Source: Candidatus Obscuribacteraceae bacterium
Lineage (GTDB): Bacteria; Cyanobacteriota; Vampirovibrionia; Obscuribacterales; Obscuribacteraceae
Assembly: GCA_044226015.1 (NCBI GenBank)
Contig: JBGAHS010000003.1
Span: 64,001 to 128,000, forward strand
Length of the DNA stretch: 64,000 nt
Direction: 5' to 3'
In this document: in pieces, positions 1 to 10,060 of the stretch
Position numbering within the stretch: the first letter of the stretch is position 1
How the letters are laid out: the number at the start of each line of letters is the position of its first letter
The notes under the pieces: model-generated
What the model saw: the letters and a program-made list of their open reading frames with translations, nothing else
Database searches by the model: none
What the model was told of the DNA's origin: nothing
Program-made: the position numbers and the translations under genes

Positions 1-777
1 AGCGTCAGGCACGGCACGACACTCCTGTAGCTCCGCGTCACACAGATTGCTCATCGGATTCTGCACGGCTTCCGAATACTCTTGCGGGTTTGGCCATTTG
101 GCATATGCTCTGGGTTCTCCATTAGCCGAAAATTCTCTCCACCACATTTTCGGCTCTTGTCCACTTGTAGAATGCTTTGGCACAGGCGCCGCAGGGTCCT
201 TAACGATATGGAACCCCCTGCTTTGATATTCTTTTGCGACTCGATAAATCATGTAATCAAGGATTTTGTGATCGCAACTGGTCTTGTCAGTGAACGCATG
301 AATTGGACCGATCCACTCATAAGTCAACTCGGTTCCAGTCGCTCTGACGAGCTTCTTCTCTTTCACATGAATCAGTAGAGTCGCCGACGAAGTCTTCACT
401 GTCACCGAGATTCCATTCTTGCTGGGCGACGAAACTCGATAGTACAGTTTCATGCGAATTTCGCCAGTTCCAGCAGCATAGTTCAGCGACTTGGCAAAAG
501 ATCCCCAAACGGCAACCGGTGCGCCTCGGACCAACGCAGTCTCGCTGTGGGGAAACCAGGACTCAATAATTTGCATCGCCATACGCGCTTCAGGCACAGA
601 AAAGAGTTCAGTTTGCGCGATTTTCCGAACCTCGGACTCTTGTCCAGCCAGCCAGTCAAGCAGCGGCGGAAGCTTTTTTCCAACTAAAAGCATTTTCCCA
701 AGCGGATAAGCAATCAAAGCAATAACCGCTGCGACCAGCATTACTACAGTGAAAAGAGAATCAGGCGAAGAATCCAT
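1..777 (-). CDS. Membrane-anchored protein running off the left edge; the visible C-terminal part begins a probable protein-kinase-like domain (3' partial)
   Basis: Not in the ORF track because it has no stop in the window. Hand translation from ATG 777: MDSSPDSLFTVVMLVAAVIALIAYPLGK (TM) ... KWPNPQEYSEAVQNPMSNLCDAELQECRAVPDA, resembling the WPxPQ(D/E)YxEA(I/V)QNP lead-in of a bacterial Ser/Thr kinase-like family. Confidence 0.6.
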   Translation of the reverse strand, partial: MDSSPDSLFTVVMLVAAVIALIAYPLGKMLLVGKKLPPLLDWLAGQESEVRKIAQTELFSVPEARMAMQIIESWFPHSETALVRGAPVAVWGSFAKSLNYAAGTGEIRMKLYYRVSSPSKNGISVTVKTSSATLLIHVKEKKLVRATGTELTYEWIGPIHAFTDKTSCDHKILDYMIYRVAKEYQSRGFHIVKDPAAPVPKHSTSGQEPKMWWREFSANGEPRAYAKWPNPQEYSEAVQNPMSNLCDAELQECRAVPDA

Positions 778-788
778 TGACGCAAAGA

Positions 789-2225
789 TTATTTCGGTCG
801 ATCAGGACTTACATGCGATTCGCTCTTTGCGTAGTCAGTTCCCGGAGGCTCCGGAGATAAAGTGTTTTTGCCTAGCTTGCCATTACCATCTTCTCCAGAC
901 GCAGTGGGATCACCGGAGTCAGACTCCATCTGCGATCCCTTGGTATTCAAACGACTTGGAGGCTCTGCGCTTGTATCTGTTGCAGTACTAGTGCTAGTAC
1001 TAGCAGGCGAATCTACCTCGTCCAAAAGATCATCGATATCATTTAGAACTGGTTTCTTCTCGTGGTTTGGAACTGATTGATAAATCCTTTGGTAGACCGA
1101 TGCCGGCAAAATCATTTTCATTGTGGGCTCACAAACTTCGTATCCACCCAACACGAAGAACCAAACGATGAAGGCTCCCAGCACAACCTGTGCCACTAGA
1201 AAAACAATGGTTTGCTTGCTGATCGCATTATTTGCACAATCGTTGACCGTAAGCTGATAGCCACCACTGAATTCTCTGGCTACAGCATTAGCAGCTGAAA
1301 GAGCCAGCTCATGCGCTCGGTCCAGATCAAGTTGGGCTTTTTCTGGATCTGCAATTTCCTCAGTAATTGACTTGACTGCTTCAGCTGCAACACGCTTAGC
1401 CTCTTCCTGGCAGTATTCTGCGCGTTTGTCTTCTTCTATTTTCGCGGACTCTTCTTGCATCCGTTCACGCGCAAGCCGCGCGGCTCTCCTTTGAACTTCC
1501 GCCAGAATCAGCCGTGAAATTTCCTGCCTCGAGAGATCAGCAGCCGTGCTCCGCGCTTCAGCTAATGCATGCTCTCTAGCCACTGCGTCAGTGGCTTGGG
1601 CAGCGACTTTTTCGATAGCCCGTTCAGCAGAAGCCTGTGCATCTCGGCGAATTTGAGCAAATATTCCCTGAATGATCGTCAGGGTAGCAGCCTTATTCGC
1701 ATCGCCCGCCAGGTACTCATCGATGTGTTGCTGCCGCTCTTCAACGCTAAGCTGCGGATTTATCGACAGTTGACTTTGAATGACTGCTCGAACTCCCGCT
1801 AAAATAGCCGTACTCAGATTGGTCAGACTTGTGTCTTTCATGTACCGAAAATATACTTCCGTCGAGGCAGCCTCAGCTTCGGGCATTGCCTTTTCTTCAC
1901 TCCAGGTCCTGATGGCATCAAGCGCAGCTTTATGCGCCACCGGTTTCGTTGCAGTGACTACAGATTCAAGAACAAACGAATGCTGACTAGGGTCTTTCAG
2001 CATTTCAGTTACGATCTCAACTGCAATAGGAACAGATTCTTCTGAAATAACAGTCGCTACATTTCGTCCAGCTACAGTTACAGCGTCATGATAAACCGCT
2101 TTGGCTGTGGATCTGCCTTCCTCTTTGGCTAAGCTTTCAAACAATTTTGCGCAAAGTTCACTCAAGCACTCGCGTGCTCGCTCTTTCTCAGCTTCTGTTA
2201 TGAGTTCGTCCGAAGCAGTTTCCAC
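789..2225 (-). CDS. Hypothetical protein: Ala/Glu-rich coiled coil, one TM helix, disordered C-terminus
   Basis: 478-aa ORF; TM IVFLVAQVVLGAFIVWFFVLGG; co-oriented downstream of purK. Confidence 0.75.
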   Translation of the reverse strand: METASDELITEAEKERARECLSELCAKLFESLAKEEGRSTAKAVYHDAVTVAGRNVATVISEESVPIAVEIVTEMLKDPSQHSFVLESVVTATKPVAHKAALDAIRTWSEEKAMPEAEAASTEVYFRYMKDTSLTNLSTAILAGVRAVIQSQLSINPQLSVEERQQHIDEYLAGDANKAATLTIIQGIFAQIRRDAQASAERAIEKVAAQATDAVAREHALAEARSTAADLSRQEISRLILAEVQRRAARLARERMQEESAKIEEDKRAEYCQEEAKRVAAEAVKSITEEIADPEKAQLDLDRAHELALSAANAVAREFSGGYQLTVNDCANNAISKQTIVFLVAQVVLGAFIVWFFVLGGYEVCEPTMKMILPASVYQRIYQSVPNHEKKPVLNDIDDLLDEVDSPASTSTSTATDTSAEPPSRLNTKGSQMESDSGDPTASGEDGNGKLGKNTLSPEPPGTDYAKSESHVSPDRPK

Positions 2226-2304
2226 TTCTAGATGCCTTACCCCCCGAAGGTAGAGCTAGTCTTACTGATCTGTGCCCCCTGTGCAGATTTATAAGCGTCT
2301 TTTA

Positions 2305-3453
2305 TCAGCCTATTCGTGCGGCTGTCAGCCTATCCCTTGCTTTGAGGACCAATTCCTGGGATTCTTCAGTCCAACGAGCGCACGCTGTCAAGTGCCCCAT
2401 CTTCCTTCCCTTTCTAGCCTTCGTCTTGCCATACAGATGCAAATGCACGTCTGGCACCTCAAGAGTATACGACCATTCTGGCTGACCGCCATCCCAGAGG
2501 TCGCCAAGCAGATTTGCCATTGCAGCTGCCGAATGCGGCTCGGTCTTGCCCAGCGGCATGCCAGTTATGGCTCGAATATGCTGCTCAAACTGACTGGTCG
2601 GGCACGCTTCAATCGTATAGTGACCGGAATTATGCGGACGCGGCGCTATCTCATTAATTAGCAGGCGATCATGATCAGCAATAAAGAATTCGACACAAAG
2701 CAAGCCGTTGATATCTAGAGATTCAGCAACACCTATCGCCATTTCAATTGCCTCATTTGCAAGGCGCCAGTTGATGCGTGCCGGGACAGACGACAGGTCG
2801 AGTATGTGATTGCGATGAACGTTTTCGATGGGTCCGTAAGCCTTAACTTCCCCATATGCGCCACGAGCTACGATCACTGAAATTTCTTTGTCATATCGAA
2901 TGAATTTTTCAAAAATACAATCAGATTTGCCAAACGCGAGTTCAAAACTCTGCTTTGCCATCTCAGCAGAATCGACAAAGCTCTGACCCTTTCCGTCATA
3001 TCCCCATCCCGACGTTTTCAGAACGGCTGGCAATCCAATGCGACTTATTGCAGTTTCAAGCGAAGCAACAGAATCAACGTGATGGAATGGGACCACAGGA
3101 AATCCATGGTCAGACAAATAGGTTTTCTCACGCAAACGATTCTGCGAAATATACAGAGCCTCGGGTGATGGCGCTATCTTCGTGACTCTGCCAACTTCTT
3201 CGTAAGATTCACGAGGAATATTTTCGAATTCAAGTGTCACCACACGGGCTTCTTGTGCGAAAAGCCTGATAGCATCGTGGTCCTCAAAAGGAGCGACAAT
3301 GGTTTTTGCGCACACTTGAGAAAGAGGTGAATCTTCATCGGGAGTAAATCCAATGACTCGATATCCCATCTGCTGGGCTGACACGGCAAGCATTCTGCCA
3401 AGTTGCCCGCCTCCCAAAATTCCGATTGTTGCTCCAGGAAGAATTGTTTTCAT
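2305..3453 (-). CDS. purK: N5-carboxyaminoimidazole ribonucleotide synthase
   Basis: GILGGGQLGRML, GYDGKGQ, NEIAPRPHNSGH, HLYGK..RKGRKMGH motifs; 1-nt overlap with the purE stop. Confidence 0.97.
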   Translation of the reverse strand: MKTILPGATIGILGGGQLGRMLAVSAQQMGYRVIGFTPDEDSPLSQVCAKTIVAPFEDHDAIRLFAQEARVVTLEFENIPRESYEEVGRVTKIAPSPEALYISQNRLREKTYLSDHGFPVVPFHHVDSVASLETAISRIGLPAVLKTSGWGYDGKGQSFVDSAEMAKQSFELAFGKSDCIFEKFIRYDKEISVIVARGAYGEVKAYGPIENVHRNHILDLSSVPARINWRLANEAIEMAIGVAESLDINGLLCVEFFIADHDRLLINEIAPRPHNSGHYTIEACPTSQFEQHIRAITGMPLGKTEPHSAAAMANLLGDLWDGGQPEWSYTLEVPDVHLHLYGKTKARKGRKMGHLTACARWTEESQELVLKARDRLTAARIG

Positions 3454-3959
3454 TAGTCTAGTGTCTCCATTAACACCTTGTGCTCTTGTTTCGAGCGGAA
3501 GTCTTTAAGTTTGTGCCTATAAGTTTCATCGTCATTTCCGAGAATGCTCACCGCAAGCAACGCCGCGTTTATAGCGCCGGCACGACCGATAGCCAGCGTT
3601 CCAGTCGGGATACCAGCAGGCATCTGCACTATTGAGAGAAGCGAATCTATGCCTTTGAGAGTCTTACTCTCAACTGGAACGCCCAAAACAGGAACCACTG
3701 TCTGCGCAGCGACCATCCCGGGCAAGTGGGCTGCCCCACCGGCTCCAGCGATAATAACTTTTAGCCCGCGCGACTCAGCCTGATTAGCGTACTTGCGCAT
3801 TAGCTCAGGAGTCCGGTGCGCTGAAACGACTCGAGCCTCGAAGGGAACAGCAAAGTCTTTCAACGTATCAGCAGCATGCTTCATGGTTTCCCAGTCAGAT
3901 TTACTACCCATGATAATTCCGACGAGAATTGGCTCATCGTCTTCCTCCTCATGCTCCAT
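3453..3959 (-). CDS. purE: N5-CAIR mutase
   Basis: [37 protein letters not shown] motifs; start placed at ATG 3959 (AAGGAG upstream), overlapping the sua5 stop, instead of GTG 4010. Confidence 0.97.
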   Translation of the reverse strand: MEHEEEDDEPILVGIIMGSKSDWETMKHAADTLKDFAVPFEARVVSAHRTPELMRKYANQAESRGLKVIIAGAGGAAHLPGMVAAQTVVPVLGVPVESKTLKGIDSLLSIVQMPAGIPTGTLAIGRAGAINAALLAVSILGNDDETYRHKLKDFRSKQEHKVLMETLD

Positions 3960-5721
3960 TGCCATTCTCCTTTTCGCTGCCCGTAGTTTTTTTGGTTTCA
4001 GAGGCCGCACGCCTGATCCTGTCCCAGATTCCCGTCCAATCGCTAGTCAGGGGCGGCTCCTCGATGATAATAATATCGGCATTTGCAGCATCCAATTTGC
4101 GCAGGTTTCGATAAAGCGTATGCGCATAATGCGAAGGGAAAGACTTTGCTGTGATCCAGTGCCTGTGCAACATGGCTGGCGGTTTGAACGATAGAACTGC
4201 AGTTGCATACCCTTGTGCTTCAACCTCGTCGATGAACTTGTTGATATCAGCTGAATTTACCAACTTCACCTTTGTGCGAGGAGCATAGTGACTTTCCAGG
4301 CTCCCCGGAACTCTGGGTGTGGAATCAGAGACAGCCGCTTCACGCGGCGAACCATCCTTCTGTGTTTCCGGGTTGTTGCAAGCGTCATCTGGCTGGAAGC
4401 TAGCTGCCTGCGCGGAAGCGCTCTGTAGCGGGGAACTTCCTGGCGCCGCGGAGTTAGGCTGCTGTGCGGAGCCTACCGACGCAGCGGGATCAGCCGGCGA
4501 TGCGGAACCAGTCACTTGCGCGGAACCTCCTGGCGTTGCAAAATCAGCCGGCGAGACGGAACCAGGCTGTCGCGCGGAATCTCCTGGCGTCGCGGGATCA
4601 GCCGCTGATGCCGGACCAGGCTGTTGTGCGGAGCCTAGTGGCGCTGCGGGACCAGCCGCTGATGCCGGACCAGACTGTTGTGCGGAGCCTACTGACGTTG
4701 CGGGATCAGCCGCTGATGCCGGACCAGAATGTTGTGCGGAGCCTACTGACGTTGCGGGATCAGCCGCTGATGCCGGACCAGACTGTAGTGCGGAACCTAC
4801 TGACGTTGCGGGATCAGCCGCTGATGCCGGACCAGACTGTTGTGCGGAGCCTACTGACGTTGCGGGATCAGCCGCTGATGCCGGACCAGACTGTCGTGCG
4901 GGTCCTACTGGCGCTGCAGAGACAACCGCAATGCCTACTGGCGGGGGAGTGCCCGACAGCGCAGATGCGATGTGACGCGCGGCACCATCTGAGCAGCTTG
5001 TTGTCTCAGTTTTCGGATCGGGTGAAGATGAGACACTTCTTTCCGGAACTGCTCCGACTCTCTCCAGAGCTGTATCGAGCGCGACCAGAATACTCTCCTC
5101 AAGAATCATCCCTGGTCGCAAAATTCGAGGGATCGGGGAAGTGAGATCAACAATCGTTGACTCAATACCGATCTCACATGGACCGCCATCTAACACGAAA
5201 GCAAACTCATCTGGGAAATCTTCGAGCACATCGGCTGCAGTTGTGGGGCTCAGCCGACCGAATTTGTTCGCTGACGGAGCAACGACTCCAGATCCGAACT
5301 CTTTCAGGAGTGCATGTGCAACAGGGTGAGATGGAATTCGCACAGCAACTGTGTCTTGCCCTCCAGTCACCTCTGGTAACACGTGAACGGCTTTCTTCAA
5401 AACAAGAGTTAAAGGACCCGGCCAAAAGAGTTCTGCTAGCAACTCTGCTGATGGTGGAAGTTCACGACACCACTCCGCTAGCTGCCCGAACTCGGCGAGA
5501 TGAACAATTACTGGATGATCTGCTGGACGCCCCTTCGCCTCAAATACCTTACGCACAGCTTCAGGATTTTTGGCATCAGCACCCAGCCCGTAAACAGTCT
5601 CCGTCGGAAATACGACGAGTTCTCCGCGCCTAAGCGCGTCAGCGGCGTTCCTGATTAGCACCATTGTGTCGTCGTCTAACAAATCGATAACCGGCGGCAT
5701 TTTAAGACAGAGTTCGAGCAA
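3949..5721 (-). CDS. tsaC: Sua5-type threonylcarbamoyl-AMP synthase (YrdC + SUA5 domains) with a large repeat insertion in the linker
   Basis: [43 protein letters not shown]; linker motif [13 protein letters not shown]5 C-terminus [13 protein letters not shown]; real start probably ATG 5700. Confidence 0.93.
   Translation of the reverse strand: MLELCLKMPPVIDLLDDDTMVLIRNAADALRRGELVVFPTETVYGLGADAKNPEAVRKVFEAKGRPADHPVIVHLAEFGQLAEWCRELPPSAELLAELFWPGPLTLVLKKAVHVLPEVTGGQDTVAVRIPSHPVAHALLKEFGSGVVAPSANKFGRLSPTTAADVLEDFPDEFAFVLDGGPCEIGIESTIVDLTSPIPRILRPGMILEESILVALDTALERVGAVPERSVSSSPDPKTETTSCSDGAARHIASALSGTPPPVGIAVVSAAPVGPARQSGPASAADPATSVGSAQQSGPASAADPATSVGSALQSGPASAADPATSVGSAQHSGPASAADPATSVGSAQQSGPASAAGPAAPLGSAQQPGPASAADPATPGDSARQPGSVSPADFATPGGSAQVTGSASPADPAASVGSAQQPNSAAPGSSPLQSASAQAASFQPDDACNNPETQKDGSPREAAVSDSTPRVPGSLESHYAPRTKVKLVNSADINKFIDEVEAQGYATAVLSFKPPAMLHRHWITAKSFPSHYAHTLYRNLRKLDAANADIIIIEEPPLTSDWTGIWDRIRRAASETKKTTGSEKENGNGA
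4455..4915. repeat. In-frame 54-bp tandem repeat, ~8 copies (18 aa [18 protein letters not shown]) inside tsaC
   Basis: gcgggatcagccgctgatgccggaccag recurs at 4592, 4700, 4754, 4808, 4862, with a variant at ~4646. Confidence 0.95.
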
Positions 5722-6401
5722 AGGCTCATTGTGTCATGTCTTCCGAATTGGATGAGGCACTTTGAAGTTTGATGAGGCTAAGTGTTCTTAAAGCCTGACC
5801 ACCCCAGAAAATACCCCAAAAAAGTTCTCCAACAGCGAACAAATTCTTGCAAATTTGGCAATCAACTGTCGGCATCTCCATTAGCGCGAAGGGCTGAGTA
5901 AAGCGACTTTTCAGAAATTTCAGCAACGGCGAATTACGAGTTAGCGAAACATTTAGCGTAGCTCGTGTGCATGCTGCTCGGCTCGAACAAAGACTATTAG
6001 TCCTAAATTTCTTGCAATGCAAGAGTTTCAAAGCCCCAAAGCTACCCCAAAAATCGATGCCAGAAAAGCCCCCCCTCGCAGTAATAACCGCACACATTCA
6101 TGGTGCGCGACACGGCATCCCCCTTGACTCTGCGCCCTGCCACATTGTTACGGTGGGGTACATCTTCGTTCCCTGTAACTCACCAAGGAAATTCACTCAA
6201 AAGCCATTGCCTAAAGCCTAGTTCAGCGTTTTCAGTGCTCTGCTTTTGAGTTCAGGTTACAAGATGCCTTCTTCGGTTTGCGCCGAAAAGCTCGCAGCGC
6301 TAGCGAAGCAGCCTTAACCATCAGGCGGTCGCTAGCTGTTTCTGTCTCCATTCAACCCGTTCGGCAGAAACCGAACACTTCAAGAAAGTGAGGGTAATCG
6401 T

Positions 6402-7550
6402 ATGACTTACCTGTTGAACAACCTGGGCGTGATCACCATCGCGCTCACGCTTCTCTCCATCGCCGGAACTGCTGCCTATCTCATGTGGGAGCATTTCTAC
6501 GGCTCGACCCAGCTCGACTCCTGCCACAAGGGCAAGGCTCACTCGCACAGCACGGATGAAGCGGGCAATCGCTTCGCCTGCAAGTTCGATGCCGAGGAGG
6601 TTCGTCGCACCGCCAATCAGAAGCGGCCTCGCGTCGAACCGTCTTCCACCCCCGTGGACTCGAAGGTCACCGCTCTCCTGGCTGCCATCCAGCAGCCCGA
6701 CATCGAGAAGGCTCTTCGCGAACTCTCGGGCGAAGTCCCTGTCAGCATCAACGGCAAAACCGTGACGCTGAAGACCCGCAACAGCTACCATGGCAACATC
6801 GAACTGGCGATGCAGTATCTCGAGCAGTTCTATGCCAGCATCGGGCTCAAGTCGACCCGTCACGAGTACAAGGTGCGCGGCCGCAAGATGTACAACCTCA
6901 TCGTCGAGTTCACCGGCACGGTGGAACCGAAGAAGGTTCTGTATCTGGGCGCTCACCTGGATTCGACCGCGGGCTGGCCGTGGCAGTCGGAAGATGCAGC
7001 TCCGGGAGCTGATGATGACGGCACTGGCACGGTCGGCATGATGGAAATCGCCAAGGCGCTCCTGAAGACGAAGCCGGACTGCACCATCCGCCTCTGCCAT
7101 TTCACCGGCGAAGAGCAGGGGCTCTATGGCAGCTACGCCTACTCGGACTACGTCTCGCGCATCAAGGACGAGACGGTGATCGGCATGATCGAGATGGACA
7201 TGATCGGCTACTGCGGTCGCCCTGGCAACCGCGTGGACGTGCACGACGACGTGGACAAGAACGGTTCGCACAAGCTGGTGGTGCTGCTCACGCAGAACGC
7301 CGCGAAGTACGGACTGAACTTGAACGTCTTCGACACGCACAACCACGCTGTGCAGGACCGCAGCGACCACGCCGGCTTCTCGGACCACGGCTACATGGCT
7401 GTTCTGGTCTCCGAGGAGTTCACGGACGAAGGCTTCAACCCGAACTACCACACCACTGGTGACCGGGTTGCCTCGATCAACTTCCCGTACATGGTCGATG
7501 TCATCCGCATGGTGCTCGCCGGCACCTGCGAATTGGCTGGCGTGAAGTAA
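6402..7550 (+). CDS. M28 family metallo-aminopeptidase, N-terminally membrane-anchored
   Basis: LGAHLDS, APGADDDGTG, FTGEEQGLYGS, EMDMIGY, RSDHAGF, NPNYHTTGD motifs; N-terminal hydrophobic helix. Confidence 0.92.
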   Translation: MTYLLNNLGVITIALTLLSIAGTAAYLMWEHFYGSTQLDSCHKGKAHSHSTDEAGNRFACKFDAEEVRRTANQKRPRVEPSSTPVDSKVTALLAAIQQPDIEKALRELSGEVPVSINGKTVTLKTRNSYHGNIELAMQYLEQFYASIGLKSTRHEYKVRGRKMYNLIVEFTGTVEPKKVLYLGAHLDSTAGWPWQSEDAAPGADDDGTGTVGMMEIAKALLKTKPDCTIRLCHFTGEEQGLYGSYAYSDYVSRIKDETVIGMIEMDMIGYCGRPGNRVDVHDDVDKNGSHKLVVLLTQNAAKYGLNLNVFDTHNHAVQDRSDHAGFSDHGYMAVLVSEEFTDEGFNPNYHTTGDRVASINFPYMVDVIRMVLAGTCELAGVK

Positions 7551-7559
7551 GCGGCAAAA

Positions 7560-7704
7560 GAGGTGCCAGTTGTTTGAGAGCGATCTCAGCAGCTGGCACC
7601 TCCACCGCCACGCTTGTCAACCTGAACACACGTGTACACACCTGGCGCTAGCCGCTCGGCTCGGAACGAAGCAAGAAAAATTCTTCTTGCTTCGTTTCAT
7701 TTTT
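7560..7704 (+). terminator. Two hairpins downstream of the M28 gene; the second is followed by a T-rich tract
   Basis: gaggtgccagttg...cagctggcacctc (7560-7602) and aacgaagcaagaa/ttcttgcttcgtt (7665-7696) followed by tcattttt. Confidence 0.6.
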
Positions 7705-7945
7705 GCACTCTTCTACTACTACTTATCATATATCAAACGTAGATGGTGTACGGTGTACCCAACTCGACTCGAGAAGTCAATTGAAGCACAGGGCACCACA
7801 TACGGTGCCGCGAGATCAAGTAATACTTTTGAGAATCTATAGCATGTCAACAGAAGTTCAAAAAAAGATAGAAAGAATTTTCCAATTTTTTTGAACTTTT
7901 TTACTCGTCATTACGTTTTAAAAGTGTGAACAAAATTTTTGTGAG

Positions 7946-8962
7946 GTGGTTCGTATGGCTAAGGAACCCAGCCAGCTGGCGCTTATGTTTCCAACATTTG
8001 TAGAAACCTTTCCTGATGATGAAAGTTGTGCGCGATTTCTACTCGACAATGGCTGGAAAAGGGGCCGAAGTTGCACCTATTGCGGCGAAAACGAATTCGA
8101 AGATACATTAGATTACCGTGTGTTTAAGTGCATAACTTGCGGAAAACTAAATCGCATTTTTGCTGGGACTATTTTATTCCGCGTTCAAAGACTGCGCGCT
8201 TGGTTTGCGGGACTATGGTTTCTATCTTCTGGAGTGTTGTACTCCAGAAAGGAATTTTCAAATCTATTCGGCATCGCTCTCGATACAGCACAACGTATTT
8301 CCGACACTATTTCGATCCACTTAACCGAAAAGATGTCTCAACTTCCATCAGTTCCATCGGCGGCTTTCAAAGAAATTTTTGGTAGAAGAAGTATTGAAAC
8401 GCCAGCACGCAGGCCTCCGATGGCAGAGCAAATAGAAATGGAGAAAAACGCAAAAGAAAACACGCCCGCATACAACGAAGCAGAGGCTTGTGAAGAACTT
8501 ACAGTTGTTCACAATCGAGATCTAAATGCAGCTGAAAAGACGATTTTGAGCAAGCTCAACTCGGAGCAATTTTCGAGTCTCGATAGCCTTCTAGATTCCT
8601 GCGGCTTGGAATTTTCAGAGCTCATCACGACACTTGGAATGCTTCAACTCAAAGGACTGGTTGAATCAAGCCCAGGACAACTATTCAAGCTTCCCAAAAG
8701 AGAACCTTCAATTCAGTTAGCTCTTTCCGAAACTTGCAAGCTTACAATCGAGGACTTTATTAACAAAGCCAAAACTGTTTGGCATCGCATAACGAGAAAA
8801 AACGTTCAGCTTCATCTAGCACTTTATTGGAGTACAGTCCAAACAGATATTTGGAAAAATACAGATTTGTTTTTCGAAATTTTAGATCAAGAACCTCTTT
8901 CCAGAGGACAAATCAGAGGCTACATTTCACCGCTTTCGGTCCACATCCCCATGGCTGGATAA
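7946..8962 (+). CDS. IS1595-transposase-derived protein: Zn ribbon + HTH, DprA-like winged helix, IS1595-like C-terminus; no recognisable DDE core
   Basis: FPDDESCARFL..GW...CTYCG...FKCITCGK...FAGTIL; LNAAEKTILSKL...LDSLLDSCGLEFSELITTLGMLQLKGLVESSPGQLF; IEDFINKAKTVWHRITRKNVQLHLALYW. Confidence 0.7.
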   Translation: MVRMAKEPSQLALMFPTFVETFPDDESCARFLLDNGWKRGRSCTYCGENEFEDTLDYRVFKCITCGKLNRIFAGTILFRVQRLRAWFAGLWFLSSGVLYSRKEFSNLFGIALDTAQRISDTISIHLTEKMSQLPSVPSAAFKEIFGRRSIETPARRPPMAEQIEMEKNAKENTPAYNEAEACEELTVVHNRDLNAAEKTILSKLNSEQFSSLDSLLDSCGLEFSELITTLGMLQLKGLVESSPGQLFKLPKREPSIQLALSETCKLTIEDFINKAKTVWHRITRKNVQLHLALYWSTVQTDIWKNTDLFFEILDQEPLSRGQIRGYISPLSVHIPMAG

Positions 8963-9191
8963 CGGACCACACGGCAGTTATGCCAGCTTATTTCACGGTG
9001 AGAGCTCCTGACATAGGCTAATTATCTCTACTCACTTTCATAAAACAGCAGGACGAATTGCTTTTGCATAAGGATCGCCTGCCCTATTTTCCTGCTCTAC
9101 TCCGATTACGCCAGAGCTGGAATTTTTTTTGTTTGGATGATTATTTTTCGCTGCTAGCAGAATTGCCAACATAATTTTTGCCCTAGACTTT

Positions 9192-9284
9192 TGACAATTT
9201 TGATCGGTACCGATCTCAATCAACGCTTTTGATCGGTACCGATCTCAAAACTCGACTCCAGATCGGTACCGATCAAAATTGTCA
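9192..9284. repeat. Three copies of the palindrome GATCGGTACCGATC within a 24-bp perfect terminal inverted repeat
   Basis: Copies at 9202-9215, 9231-9244, 9261-9274; tgacaattttgatcggtaccgatc / gatcggtaccgatcaaaattgtca. Confidence 0.9.
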
Positions 9285-9725
9285 TTCGTTGGAGGTATTA
9301 AGAGTAGCGCAGAGAACCTCATTGCATCTCTACACATTATGCTGAAAGCGAGCGCGCATTTAGTGCCCACAAAATAGACGAAAACGATCGAAAGTCATTG
9401 AGTGTAGCCCCTCATGACATTCCCAAAATGTTAATCAAGCTACGCCACTACATGCAACACCATTAAACAGAAAAAAAGAAAAAAACATAACGCCGCACCA
9501 AGATTGCCACCACAGGTAGCACTACCGTCACCTCATCCCCAAGAGACACATTACACGTGACACATCCACGCAATACGATACCGTATTTGAAACCATAACC
9601 TACATGTCCAGCTCTCTTACAAAGACTAAAAGCAAGGAGAGATTGAAGGTTCATGTAAAGAATTTCGGAGCCTGCAATCATGGAAGCAAGATCCAGATCG
9701 AGGATTGCCTTTAGAAACCAATGTG

Positions 9726-9776
9726 TCAAACAGGGAGGGAGACGATTGCTGCACAATCGTCTCCCTCCCTGTTTGA
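9726..9776. other. Perfect 23-bp-stem hairpin with a 5-nt loop
   Basis: tcaaacagggagggagacgattg-ctgca-caatcgtctccctccctgtttga. Confidence 0.85.
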
Positions 9777-9941
9777 TGAAAAATTGAAAACTTCTGCGGA
9801 ACATACTAAGACAATGGCAGAGAGCACTTTCAAAAAGCCAGACTCAAGCCGCGTCTTTTTCGCAAGCGAGTCCGTTACACTATGCGGCTCTCTTTGCTGA
9901 CAGAAAAGGAACATCCACCAATCAAATAAATTTCCATAACG

Positions 9942-10060
9942 AAAAAAAGGAGGACCCCGTCTAGCGGGGTCCTTTAGGTTCGGAATTTTACTCCCGTTGC
10001 CTACTGCCCATGGTGCTTTGGGCGTTTCGAAGTGCTCTCTGCACCCTTGGGTTTCTCACT
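9942..10060 (-). ncRNA. Candidate small RNA (~120 nt) with its own promoter and intrinsic terminator
   Basis: -10 TATTAT (10072-10067), weak -35 TCGCCA, three short hairpins, then aggaccccg-ctaga-cggggtcct followed by 7 T; no ORF with an RBS inside. Confidence 0.5.

Noticed and set aside
4319..5144. Plus-strand ORFs of 218 and 226 aa
   Set aside because: Antisense shadows of the tsaC repeat insertion.
5726..6221. ORFs 5726..6097 and 5967..6221
   Set aside because: Overlapping, motif-less ORFs in a divergent promoter region.
6321..7451. 376-aa antisense ORF
   Set aside because: Shadow of the high-GC M28 gene; no recognisable motifs.
7946..8962. Active IS1595 insertion sequence
   Set aside because: No DDE motifs, terminal inverted repeats or target duplication identified.
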